From positions 1 to 42,323 of IMG/VR virus record IMGVR_UViG_3300005286_000010: 42,323 nucleotides of DNA; one strand, given 5' to 3'. Source of the stretch: a virus. Its lineage: Duplodnaviria > Caudoviricetes. The position numbers were made by a program, and so were the translations under genes. Shown here piece by piece: positions 17,953 to 27,518 of the stretch (its first letter is position 1; every line of letters starts with the position of its first letter). Under the pieces are notes generated by a model. It was not told the origin of the DNA and made no database searches. It saw only the letters and a list, made by a program, of their open reading frames with translations.

Positions 17953-18744
17953 ATGAGCATGTTTAAGTTCAGATGGTCGATGAATCTCCAACTGTTCTCA
18001 GAAGAACTGGGATCGGTTGAAACGGGCGTAGAAGAAGCTCCTGCCGCCGAGGAGCAAGTGAGTAACGAAGCATCAGAACCGGGCGCTGAAACACAGGTTG
18101 CCGCCGAACCTGAGAAGCAAAACAACTTCGAAAAGGCTTTTGCTAAGAGGCTTGCAGACGCACAAGCCAAATGGGAATCGGAGCAAGCGGAGAAATACAG
18201 GGATTACGAGGATTACAAAAGAGCTGCTGAGTATCTTCAAAAGACGTCAGGCATCTCGGACCTTATGACGCTACGGGAACAAATTGAGATGGCCGAGCTT
18301 CAAGAGAGGGCCGACAAGGAAAACGTACCTCCAGAAGTGCTAAAGCGCCTCGATGAACTTGAAGCGAAGGCGGCCAAGGCCGAACAACTCGAAGCGGAGC
18401 AGAAACAGCAGCAAGAATGGCAACAGTTTGAATCCTCCCTCAAACAATTCTGCGAGGGAAAAGAGATTGACGGTAAGTCAGTCGATCACATGGACCTATG
18501 GAAATTCATGCATGAGAACGGCGTCACAAAGCCGGAAGTCGCATTCAAAGCGATGAAGGCTGACATTCTCGAAGCCAAGCTTGAACACGCCGAGAAAGAG
18601 GGCGTCAAAAAGTTCCTAGCGGCTAAGGGGAGCATCCCAACGATAACAGGTTCTACATCACAAGGAACCGTAGCAAGTAAACCACCAAAAACATTTGCGG
18701 AAGCACGCCAACGGGCGATGCAACGCATGACAGGAGAGGGTTAA
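17953..18744 (+). CDS. Capsid scaffolding protein with NLQLF motif
   Basis: Acidic, helical, between portal and capsid genes. Confidence 0.85.
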   Translation: MSMFKFRWSMNLQLFSEELGSVETGVEEAPAAEEQVSNEASEPGAETQVAAEPEKQNNFEKAFAKRLADAQAKWESEQAEKYRDYEDYKRAAEYLQKTSGISDLMTLREQIEMAELQERADKENVPPEVLKRLDELEAKAAKAEQLEAEQKQQQEWQQFESSLKQFCEGKEIDGKSVDHMDLWKFMHENGVTKPEVAFKAMKADILEAKLEHAEKEGVKKFLAAKGSIPTITGSTSQGTVASKPPKTFAEARQRAMQRMTGEG

Positions 18745-18747
18745 TCT

Positions 18748-19929
18748 ATGGCATTCGATTTGGCAGCGGCAAACGCGGTACTGAAAGAAGACTATCTCGG
18801 TCCGGTAAGAGAGCAATTGAACAACGACAACTATGTCATTAACAAGCTTGTACAGAATAAGCAAGAAGCAACTGGTAAGGAGTTTTGGGTTCCGTTGCAT
18901 TATGGCCGTAACAATGGCGTCGGATATCGCGGCGAAGGCGTGGCGCTTCCTACAGCTGGAAACCAGAAGTACAAACAATCCACTGGAAGCACAAAATACC
19001 TATATGGCACTATCGAAATCACTGGTCCTACCATCAAGGCCATGCGTAACGACAAAGGCGCATTTATCCGGGCGGTCGAATCCGAAATGAAAGGTCTGCT
19101 CAAGGACTTGAAGGACCAACGTGCTCGGGCACTATTCGGGGACGGAACAGGTAAATTGGCTAATTTCGCAGTCAACACATCCGCGAATACACTGACGGTT
19201 GATAAGATCAAGTATTTCCAAGTCGGTATGAACATCGATATCGTCAACAATTCCGGCACTGTGACGGTATCTAACCGTACGATCACGGCTATCGACAAGG
19301 CCAACAAAACCATTACCATTAGCGGCGCTGCTGTTACTACGGCGGCAACAGATTATGCGGTGGTTACCGGTGACTTGAATGTTGAGGCTATGGGTCTTGG
19401 CGGCATCATGAGCCAAACGTTGACGCTGCAAGGTATCAATCCGGCAACGGATACGTGGTGGAAGCCGAATCGAATTGCAAACGGTGGCACGAACCGAGCT
19501 ATCTCCCAACAACTCATGCGTCAAGCAATTGACTTCGCAGAGCTTGAGGGAGGAAAGATTGACCTTATCACAGCCTCTTACGGCGTCCGTGCGGCGTTCG
19601 AAGCTCTTCTTAATCAGAATGTAAGGTTTGTCAATCCAATGACACTGGAAGGCGGCTACAAGGTTCTGGAGTTCGATGGAATGCCGATCGTTGTTGATCG
19701 TTACCATGAGTCGAACCGGTTGTACTTCATCGACATGTCGGAGATCGACCTTTATCAACTGTCCGACTTTGAATGGATGGAGGATGACAAGGGAGCAGCT
19801 CTTGCACCGGTTCCAGGATACGACAAGTATGCGGCTACGATGTATGCTTATGAAACTCTGGTAACGTACAAGCGAAACGCACATACGGAACTTGCGGACA
19901 TTACAGAAGCATCCGGGTACACAGTCTAA
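18748..19929 (+). CDS. Major capsid protein
   Basis: 393 aa after scaffold; followed by terminator; FDGMPIVVD. Confidence 0.88.
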   Translation: MAFDLAAANAVLKEDYLGPVREQLNNDNYVINKLVQNKQEATGKEFWVPLHYGRNNGVGYRGEGVALPTAGNQKYKQSTGSTKYLYGTIEITGPTIKAMRNDKGAFIRAVESEMKGLLKDLKDQRARALFGDGTGKLANFAVNTSANTLTVDKIKYFQVGMNIDIVNNSGTVTVSNRTITAIDKANKTITISGAAVTTAATDYAVVTGDLNVEAMGLGGIMSQTLTLQGINPATDTWWKPNRIANGGTNRAISQQLMRQAIDFAELEGGKIDLITASYGVRAAFEALLNQNVRFVNPMTLEGGYKVLEFDGMPIVVDRYHESNRLYFIDMSEIDLYQLSDFEWMEDDKGAALAPVPGYDKYAATMYAYETLVTYKRNAHTELADITEASGYTV

Positions 19930-19938
19930 TACATCACG

Positions 19939-19968
19939 GGAGGGGCTTAACGGCTCCTCCTTTTTCTT
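19939..19968 (+). terminator. Terminator after capsid gene
   Basis: GGAGGGGC TTAACG GCTCCTCC TTTTT. Confidence 0.75.
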
Positions 19969-19981
19969 TAAGGAGGCGGAC

Positions 19982-20329
19982 ATGGCGATTTACGACGTTT
20001 ACAACATCGAACAACGATTACAAGAGTACGACGATAGAGTCTTACGAATTGATTGGAATGATCGGCGTAAAATGCATCACATCATTTGTTGGGACCCGAT
20101 TTTATACGAAGAATACACGGCTATGACAGTACCGGGAGGCCAACTGGATCAACGCGTTCTCTATCGAATGATGGAGATTAACCCCAAGCACTTCAACGCA
20201 CTAGAGGATATCGACAAAGCAAACGAGCAGAAGGAACGAAACGACGAAAAGAAAGTCGAAGATATGGCCTATGCAATCGGTGATATGCTACATAAACCGC
20301 TTGTAAACCATGCGATATACGGACACTAG
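19982..20329 (+). CDS. Hypothetical virion-associated protein
   Basis: AAGGAGG RBS; position. Confidence 0.7.
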   Translation: MAIYDVYNIEQRLQEYDDRVLRIDWNDRRKMHHIICWDPILYEEYTAMTVPGGQLDQRVLYRMMEINPKHFNALEDIDKANEQKERNDEKKVEDMAYAIGDMLHKPLVNHAIYGH

Positions 20330-20350
20330 CCTATATTGGGGCGTGATAAC

Positions 20351-20923
20351 ATGAATATTCAACAGATATTGGACAAAGTCGCATTAATGATCGATCACGA
20401 TTTAACAGATGATCAAGTCATCGGACAAATGAATGAGCTATCCCGCAAGCTTTATCGCAAGTTCCCACTACCAGAGAAAATCTATAAATTCACCATGACG
20501 GATATCCCCTACTACAAACTTCCGTACGACTGTTCAGAAGATAGAATCCGTTGTGTTGTCATAAATGAAACCGAATATATCAAGCTTACTCCAGAAATTC
20601 AGAATCCCCCGGATTGCTTCTGTACCGTATTCGTAGGGAGCCTTTATATACACCCAAATCAGCCGAATTATGATGCTTATATCTACTACCGACAGCGCAT
20701 TGACAACATGCGATCAGATAACAAAGGTGCGACACCAACATTTCCCGAGGACTTCCACGACCTTTACGTATACGACGCTGCTCGTTGGATCGCGGGAATT
20801 CGTAGAGACGTAGACCTAGCAAACAATTTCCAAGCCCAATTCGATGAGATTTACAAGAATATTGAATCGGAATTGAAAAAGATGGGCCTGAAACGAGTGA
20901 AAATAACAACGAATTGGTGGTGA
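20351..20923 (+). CDS. Head-tail adaptor (tail tubular A-like)
   Basis: Size and position; PTFPEDFHDLYVY motif. Confidence 0.75.
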   Translation: MNIQQILDKVALMIDHDLTDDQVIGQMNELSRKLYRKFPLPEKIYKFTMTDIPYYKLPYDCSEDRIRCVVINETEYIKLTPEIQNPPDCFCTVFVGSLYIHPNQPNYDAYIYYRQRIDNMRSDNKGATPTFPEDFHDLYVYDAARWIAGIRRDVDLANNFQAQFDEIYKNIESELKKMGLKRVKITTNWW

Positions 20924-20932
20924 TTGAAGCAT

Positions 20933-22648
20933 ATGAATCCAACCGTTATGAGCATTGCCATGAAAGACATGGGGGAATTGATCGAATATGCAAATGCGAA
21001 TAACAAGGTAATACCGGGTCCGGTATTCAACGTTGTTGGATATGGAGCTGATCCGACAGGTGTACAAGTCAGCACCGAAGCTATTCAGAATGCTATAGAT
21101 GACGCTAATGCAGCTGGCGGAGGAGTTGTTTATTTACCGTCAGGAACTTATCTTACAGGAAAGTTAAAATTGTATCGTCGAGTGATTTTAAACGGTTCTG
21201 GAAGATATGACACAAAATTATTGTTGGTACCTTTCACCACGGTTTCAGCGATGATTGAAACAGAAAATTTCATACCCACAGGGGAAATAAGCAACCCTGA
21301 AGATGTTCCCTATGGATTCGCCATTCAAAACATGACACTGGACGGGAATAGAGGCAGTGGAGCAGTCGCAAATGGAATCAATATTTACGGTTACGATATG
21401 CGGATTATTGGTGTCATCGTCCAAAACTTTGCAGCACGCGGTATCTACACGAACTGGAATGTCCCAACATGGATTGACGGATTCAATGGTCGTCCAGATA
21501 CGAACTCTTTCATAGAGGACGTACAAATTAAACTAAACGGGAAAGAAGGACTATATTGGCAAGGTCCAAACGATTCTGTTATCACTCGTCTGATGTGCTA
21601 TTCCAACAGCTTGGAGGACAGCGGACCAGATTATGATACCTATTCGAATATGGTCGTTCACGGTGATGGGTATGGACTTCAAGTATCGGATAGCCACTTT
21701 TGGAACACTGGGAAGTATCAAATCGAGGTAGAAGCACCTGGCTTTATGCTTACCAACTCGCAGTTGGAGGGCGGATTCCAAGGTCAACTCAGAATCGCAC
21801 AATGGCAATCGGCCATCTCTAATACTCGTTTCTACTCCGGTAAGATGTCGGAGAATGTCTATACTGGGAACGGCTCTACTAAAACGTTCAACTACACATT
21901 TCGAATTGATGATCCAGCTCGGATTAAAGTGTTCGTCAACAACGTGCTACAAGTCGTGAATACGGATTTTACAGTCACAGGACTAGGAAGCGACAGCGGC
22001 GGAACGGTAACTTTCACGAATGCCCCGGCAAGTGGCGCGAGGGTGGTTCTCGCTCTCTATTGGCGTGGAACGAACAGAGGAATCGTCTTCGATACAGGCG
22101 CAGACGTAGGAACGCTGACCGGCTGCATCTTCTATCATTGCTGTGACGGATCGATTTACTTCAACGATACGAATCTCATGGGCGCTAGCCAGATCGAGGC
22201 GACTGTATACCAAGAGGACGGACGAGTAGTTAACGGTAACTCCCCATCGAATACGTGCCTTGTGACGGTAAACAAGTCCGGAAATGCCGATTACGGCCAA
22301 TATGTACCGCGAGACGTGCGCATGGGACTCATAGACGCTTATGCGTGTGCGACCTATTCGGCACCTTCAACGGTTGCTGTTCAGAAGTCGCATAACATCG
22401 GAACCATTACGAAGACAGCAGATCACACGTACCGGTTCACTTTCGCTTCTGCTGCTTTAAATAACAATTACGCGGTTGTCGTTACGACGAATGACGCATG
22501 GTTCACGGGCGGGTCGGTTCCGGTTCCTCAAATTATTGCTAAGACTACGACCTATTTCGATGTGTTCATGATGTATGCCGTTTCCCCGCCTAGCGCAAGT
22601 AACGATCCTGGCGTAATCCATGTCATTGTAACTGGAATGTACCCATAG
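20933..22648 (+). CDS. Tailspike with pectate-lyase-like beta-helix
   Basis: FNVVGYGADPTG...AIQNAID..GGGVVYLPSGTY. Confidence 0.88.
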   Translation: MNPTVMSIAMKDMGELIEYANANNKVIPGPVFNVVGYGADPTGVQVSTEAIQNAIDDANAAGGGVVYLPSGTYLTGKLKLYRRVILNGSGRYDTKLLLVPFTTVSAMIETENFIPTGEISNPEDVPYGFAIQNMTLDGNRGSGAVANGINIYGYDMRIIGVIVQNFAARGIYTNWNVPTWIDGFNGRPDTNSFIEDVQIKLNGKEGLYWQGPNDSVITRLMCYSNSLEDSGPDYDTYSNMVVHGDGYGLQVSDSHFWNTGKYQIEVEAPGFMLTNSQLEGGFQGQLRIAQWQSAISNTRFYSGKMSENVYTGNGSTKTFNYTFRIDDPARIKVFVNNVLQVVNTDFTVTGLGSDSGGTVTFTNAPASGARVVLALYWRGTNRGIVFDTGADVGTLTGCIFYHCCDGSIYFNDTNLMGASQIEATVYQEDGRVVNGNSPSNTCLVTVNKSGNADYGQYVPRDVRMGLIDAYACATYSAPSTVAVQKSHNIGTITKTADHTYRFTFASAALNNNYAVVVTTNDAWFTGGSVPVPQIIAKTTTYFDVFMMYAVSPPSASNDPGVIHVIVTGMYP

Positions 22649-22661
22649 GAGGCTGTTAAAT

Positions 22662-22940
22662 ATGGCTCTCAAGATTATGAATAAGCAATTCATGGGTATT
22701 CAGGTACCCGAAACTTACGCCAAAATTGGAAATATCAACGGAAATCAGACGGAATTGCGTTGTACTCTTAGCTATTACGCAATGAATAACGGAGTCTTGT
22801 CTGATTTGAGCTACGATAGTTATAATTTCTCTATCGTCCCTTCTGTCGCTGACGGTGCTGATAACTTCATTAAGCAAGGGTACAGTTATTTAAAAACGCT
22901 ACCGGAGTTCTCTGGCGCAACTGATATTCTAGAGGAATGA
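22662..22940 (+). CDS. Small tail-associated or chaperone protein
   Basis: Follows tailspike; Y.YLKTLPEF.GA.D C-terminus. Confidence 0.65.
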   Translation: MALKIMNKQFMGIQVPETYAKIGNINGNQTELRCTLSYYAMNNGVLSDLSYDSYNFSIVPSVADGADNFIKQGYSYLKTLPEFSGATDILEE

Positions 22941-22949
22941 GGTGGGTAT

Positions 22950-24362
22950 ATGGCCTACTGGCAGCCTCTAAGGGGGATTCAAGATCCGATTCCGATTAGG
23001 CAATTTGATGGTGTATATAAACCGGATGATCCGGGATTTAATTTATCGGACAATTTGTTCACTGACCTAATCAATTTTTCCCCAGACGCTTATCCTGCAA
23101 TAAAAACAATGCCTGGTAACGAGGTGCTTGGCGCCTTCGGATCGGGCATTGTGCTTGGAATGGGGGCATGGAAGGATAAAGAGCTCCACGTATTGTTCAA
23201 CGACGGTAGTTGGCGAAAGTGGAACGGCACAAGCTGGACGACATTACTAAATGCAGGGACACTTAACACTACAGACCGGTCTTCATTTGTTAACTTTCAA
23301 GGAAATCTAAGCACAATAAGCTTGATTATGGCAAACGGCGTTGATCCTGTGAAGTATTACGACGGTTCTACTGTTCAGAACCTATCTAACGCCCCTAGCG
23401 GCTCGAAATTCATTGAGCAACACGATAACAGGGTTTATGTAGCCACGGGGAATATCGTCAATTTCTCGGCCTTGAGGAAGCCCACAGACTGGACGACTGT
23501 AAACGACGCAGGACAGATTGTGGTAGAGACGCCAGACGGCGAGAATATCACAGCGTTAAAGGCCGGTCCTAAGCATTTAATTGTGTTCAAACCAAACAAT
23601 ATGTTCGATCTATTGGGATCGGGACCGAGTGATTATACACTCGTTCCTATCGCTGCTGATATCGGAGCGATCAACAACAACTGTGTGGTGAACATCGGTG
23701 GCATGGTGTACTTCCTACACACGACCGGCGTTTACTCCTACTCAAGCGCACGGCCCAAAAATGATTTCTGCAAGCCGATTATGCAATACATTAAGCGTAT
23801 CAACCTTAATTCCTTAGATAAGTGCAGCGTGGGTACAGACGGATTACACCTTTATGTGTCTCTACCGCTCGATACTTCTACTACACCGAATATCATCCTC
23901 CAATATGATCTCTCACACGGAACGTGGTACACATGGGCCGATTATTCGGCTGTGAACTTCGCATTCATCGAGGGATCTCTTTATATTGGGAATGCAAACG
24001 GACAAGTTCGGCGTGTAACGGGCACGACGAATAACGGGTCTGCAATCGTGGCAACAGCCATCACGAAGCCATTCACAAACGATTCTATAGCAAGACGGTC
24101 AGAATGGTTCAAAATATGGGTCGTCGCCAGCGCGTATTCGACCAGCACATTAACCATATCCACTAGCCGTTCCCCATCTGGAGATAGCGATTGGCAGAAA
24201 GTTAAGGTGCTATCTCTAGCGGCAGGAACGCACTATAAAATGGTGCTTGTGCCAACAAACGGGCTTGTTAACGTGAACGTAGTCCGGATCAAACTAGTTT
24301 GTACAGGAAACATGGCGATACATGAAATATCCAGGCAACTTCGTATTCTGCCAATGAAGTAA
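22950..24362 (+). CDS. Tail hub/nozzle protein (P22 gp10 or tubular B-like)
   Basis: Beta-rich 470 aa; position. Confidence 0.75.
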   Translation: MAYWQPLRGIQDPIPIRQFDGVYKPDDPGFNLSDNLFTDLINFSPDAYPAIKTMPGNEVLGAFGSGIVLGMGAWKDKELHVLFNDGSWRKWNGTSWTTLLNAGTLNTTDRSSFVNFQGNLSTISLIMANGVDPVKYYDGSTVQNLSNAPSGSKFIEQHDNRVYVATGNIVNFSALRKPTDWTTVNDAGQIVVETPDGENITALKAGPKHLIVFKPNNMFDLLGSGPSDYTLVPIAADIGAINNNCVVNIGGMVYFLHTTGVYSYSSARPKNDFCKPIMQYIKRINLNSLDKCSVGTDGLHLYVSLPLDTSTTPNIILQYDLSHGTWYTWADYSAVNFAFIEGSLYIGNANGQVRRVTGTTNNGSAIVATAITKPFTNDSIARRSEWFKIWVVASAYSTSTLTISTSRSPSGDSDWQKVKVLSLAAGTHYKMVLVPTNGLVNVNVVRIKLVCTGNMAIHEISRQLRILPMK

Positions 24363-24373
24363 GGAGGGATATC

Positions 24374-25006
24374 GTGCCGATACTTAATTTTGGAACTGTT
24401 GATCCTGATGAAGAACCGAGAGAGCAGCTAGCAGAGCTTTCAAAGCTATTGAACTTCCTACTCAACGGAAAAATAGACTTCCAGAATATCCGAGCTAGAA
24501 GCATTAAGGCCGAAAACATTGAGACCGGTACGCTTACCGCTAATGAGATCGCGGCCAACACCATTACGGCAGATAAGATGAATGTCGATGAGTTGTCGGC
24601 AATCACCGCTAACCTCGGCACAATGATAGCGGGTATCATTCGAGGTATTCAGATATTCGGATCGTATATTGCAACTGCTGAGGGGACTTATCCAAGGTCA
24701 GAGATGAGCGCAACAGATGATTTATTTGCCGTATATGCTGGACCCGATTTTTGGATTAGGATGTCTCCGTTTATCGGTTCTCCAGCATTACAATTCAAGG
24801 ATGGGACAAATGTAGCCGGCATTAACTATCTAGGGGGAATATTCGGGATAACATCGGCAGATGTACTGCGACTTAATACTACAAATGAACTATTGTTGAA
24901 TTCATCGAGTATTAAGGTTAATGGCAATACGGCATATTCTGGAACCGTAACAACAGATACAAACACATTAACTTTCGAGAATGGCCTACTTATCTCTGTA
25001 TCCTAA
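24374..25006 (+). CDS. Tail needle/fibre-like protein
   Basis: ITADKMNVDELSAITANLG motif. Confidence 0.65.
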   Translation: MPILNFGTVDPDEEPREQLAELSKLLNFLLNGKIDFQNIRARSIKAENIETGTLTANEIAANTITADKMNVDELSAITANLGTMIAGIIRGIQIFGSYIATAEGTYPRSEMSATDDLFAVYAGPDFWIRMSPFIGSPALQFKDGTNVAGINYLGGIFGITSADVLRLNTTNELLLNSSSIKVNGNTAYSGTVTTDTNTLTFENGLLISVS

Positions 25007-25049
25007 TGATGATATACTGTAGGAAAATACAGGGGAAGAGGTCGAATTT

Positions 25050-25541
25050 ATGCGAAAATACATCATTGGGGCTCTCGTAGGCGCTGCTCTGACGTTCTCG
25101 GCGACTTCCTACGGCGCGGAAATCAGTAAGATAGGTAAAAAGGTGCAAGGAGAATATATAGTCGTTGTAGATGGCGCTACGCTGTCACAGAAGGCAGTAG
25201 GTGTAGACGGATCGACATACGCGCCGTTACGTTCAATCGGTGAAGAATTGGGATATGATGTGACATTCGTTAATAAGCAAGTAAAATTCGTCAAGAAAGA
25301 AGGTGACCCAGTGGAAACGGCGTTACCTACTCAATCACCAAATAATAGCATTGAACAGCAAATTGCAGAGTTAGAGAAAAAGAAAGACAAGGCGGCGGAA
25401 CGCTATCTTGATTTCATTGGAAAATATGAAGTTGGGAACATGACTGACGCTCAAAAGCAAGAGGTACAAGCTGCATTTGATGAAGTTCAAGACCTTCAAA
25501 AACAAATCGACGCCCTAAAGGCTCAGGCGGCGGGCAAATGA
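25050..25541 (+). CDS. Secreted protein with stalk (copper amine oxidase N-terminal-like) domain
   Basis: Signal peptide; DGSTYAPLRSIGEELGYDV. Confidence 0.75.
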   Translation: MRKYIIGALVGAALTFSATSYGAEISKIGKKVQGEYIVVVDGATLSQKAVGVDGSTYAPLRSIGEELGYDVTFVNKQVKFVKKEGDPVETALPTQSPNNSIEQQIAELEKKKDKAAERYLDFIGKYEVGNMTDAQKQEVQAAFDEVQDLQKQIDALKAQAAGK

Positions 25542-25759
25542 ACTACGGTAAAAAGTTACTCTTAGGTATATCCCTATGTGTAGGATCGTTATTTTTTAGC
25601 GCCATAATTGGGATTATATACTCATCTATCACCAATGAAGAAATTAGCGATCAAGCTTTTTATCTTATTGGATTTGGATTCGTTGCGCTTAACTTTACTA
25701 GATTAGACGTTAATGGTTTCATTTCTGACAAAAAGAAGAAGAAGGACTCCTCATTATGA
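25538..25759 (+). CDS. Small two-TM membrane protein
   Basis: Two hydrophobic helices; AT-rich; ATGA coupling. Confidence 0.7.
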   Translation: MNYGKKLLLGISLCVGSLFFSAIIGIIYSSITNEEISDQAFYLIGFGFVALNFTRLDVNGFISDKKKKKDSSL

Positions 25760-25770
25760 GGGGTCTTTTT
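25742..25770 (+). terminator. Intrinsic terminator
   Basis: AAGGACTCCTCA TTA TGAGGGGTCTTTTT. Confidence 0.75.
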
Positions 25771-25794
25771 CATTTCCTCTAAGGAGGGTTAAAC

Positions 25795-27108
25795 ATGGCT
25801 GTTCCAAATCCCACAAAGAAGCCAACAACAGCAGCGACAGGAGCAACTACATTGCAACCTGTTAAAGCTACGTCCATCCCCGATCCCCTTGCAAAATTCG
25901 GAGGTAGAGATGCCTACGTAGCGTCACAGAATAAGCGCTGGCAGGACGCTAATGCTTCCAACAATGCGTCGCTCATGTCCAGCCTACAAGCAGACGCTAA
26001 GCGGGTAGGTTACACCCTGAACCCGTATAAAGCACCGTCTACCACGACGCCAAATGCAACACAAGCGCCTACATCGCCATATGCGGAAGAGTATTCTCAA
26101 TGGAAAACGAAGATGAACGACGCTCTTTCAAATTATGAAAAACTGGCTGGAGGTTCGTTCAGTTACGATCCGAATACCGACCCAAAGTATCAAGCGATGC
26201 AAACACTGGCTAAGCAAAGGGCTGGAGCCGCGAAGCAATCGACAATGGAGGACCTTAATAGCCGAGGTATCTTGAATAGTTCCGTAACAGCCTCACAACT
26301 CGGTCAAATCGAGCAAGCGGCAGAGCAGGAGGCATTAGCATACATTCCTCAATACGAAGCAATGGCCCGACAAGATTACCAGAATCGTCTATCATCTGCT
26401 GCTAACTTGCTGAATACCTACGGCGGATTGGCGGATACTGCTTATAACCGTGACTACACAGCAGGACGGGATGCGAGAGCAGATATGGAGTCGGACCGGA
26501 ATTATAATCGCGGTGTACTGGAGTCTGACAGAAATTTTGAATATCAACAGAATCGCCAACAATTTGACCAAGACGTCACCATGGCCGAGCTAACCGGAAG
26601 ATTGCCTGATGGTACGCCTACAAACGCATATCAACAGCAACAACTCGCAAATCTGTGGACGGTAGCAGAACAGACCGGCGTGATCCCGAACGAGCTGGCC
26701 GATATGTACGGTATCCCACGTGGTACACAGACACAAGCGGCTAAACAGTTTGCGCTTAACTATGCACTAGATGAGCAAAGAACAAACGCAAGCATAGCGA
26801 ATCAAGAAGCACAGACGGCGCTCGACTATCAGCGCTATAACGATTCGCTATGGAATCCGCAAGGGGCGACGAGTACAAGCGGACTAACGCCGAATCAAGC
26901 CTATGATGCTATTCGTTCGCAGTACCTTGTTACTGATCCGGATACAAAGAAAAGCTACATCACCAAGAACAAGGACGAGCGCAAAAACATGATCGCTCAG
27001 ATTATCGCGCTTGGAATGCCTGATGCACAGACTGACCAACTGGCCGCGGCTCTTGGTATCACGTCTAAGGAATGGCAGGATGTAACGGGTGTTCCGTTGG
27101 GGGAGTAG
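25795..27108 (+). CDS. Putative DNA ejection (internal virion) protein
   Basis: A/Q/T-rich; FSYDPNTDPKYQA; position. Confidence 0.7.
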   Translation: MAVPNPTKKPTTAATGATTLQPVKATSIPDPLAKFGGRDAYVASQNKRWQDANASNNASLMSSLQADAKRVGYTLNPYKAPSTTTPNATQAPTSPYAEEYSQWKTKMNDALSNYEKLAGGSFSYDPNTDPKYQAMQTLAKQRAGAAKQSTMEDLNSRGILNSSVTASQLGQIEQAAEQEALAYIPQYEAMARQDYQNRLSSAANLLNTYGGLADTAYNRDYTAGRDARADMESDRNYNRGVLESDRNFEYQQNRQQFDQDVTMAELTGRLPDGTPTNAYQQQQLANLWTVAEQTGVIPNELADMYGIPRGTQTQAAKQFALNYALDEQRTNASIANQEAQTALDYQRYNDSLWNPQGATSTSGLTPNQAYDAIRSQYLVTDPDTKKSYITKNKDERKNMIAQIIALGMPDAQTDQLAAALGITSKEWQDVTGVPLGE

Positions 27109-27512
27109 CAACCGGCAACGTAAAAGTGCCAACACGTTACGCCGGATTGATTGACTCTGCTACTGAAAAATACGGATTGCCTAGCGGATTGCTTGCGGCG
27201 GTGGCACAGGCCGAATCCTCTTGGAATCCGAATGCAGTAAGTAGCGCAGGAGCTAAAGGATTGTTCCAATTCATGCCGGCAACGGCTAAGGGATATGGCA
27301 TCGACCCGACGAATCCAGTACAGGCTACGGACGCGGCTGGTAAGATGCTGTCCGGTCTAATGGCGAAGTACGATGGAGACTTGTCTAAGGCGCTCGCGGC
27401 TTATAACTGGGGCGGCGGAAACTTGGATAAGGCCATTAAGAAGTATGGTTCTAACTGGCTTTCCCACGCTCCTACAGAAACGCAGAAGTACATTAGAAAA
27501 ATCCTTGGATAA
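27072..27512 (+). CDS. Lytic transglycosylase (SLT) domain, possibly reached by -1 frameshift
   Basis: AESS.NPNAVSSAGAKGLFQFMPATA; ALAAYNWG; ETQKY. Confidence 0.92.
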   Translation: MAGCNGCSVGGVATGNVKVPTRYAGLIDSATEKYGLPSGLLAAVAQAESSWNPNAVSSAGAKGLFQFMPATAKGYGIDPTNPVQATDAAGKMLSGLMAKYDGDLSKALAAYNWGGGNLDKAIKKYGSNWLSHAPTETQKYIRKILG

Positions 27513-27518
27513 CGGGCG

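Noticed and set aside
19132-19983. 283-aa antisense ORF and similar minus-strand ORFs within long genes
   Set aside because: Shadows of plus-strand genes with no RBS or recognisable motifs.
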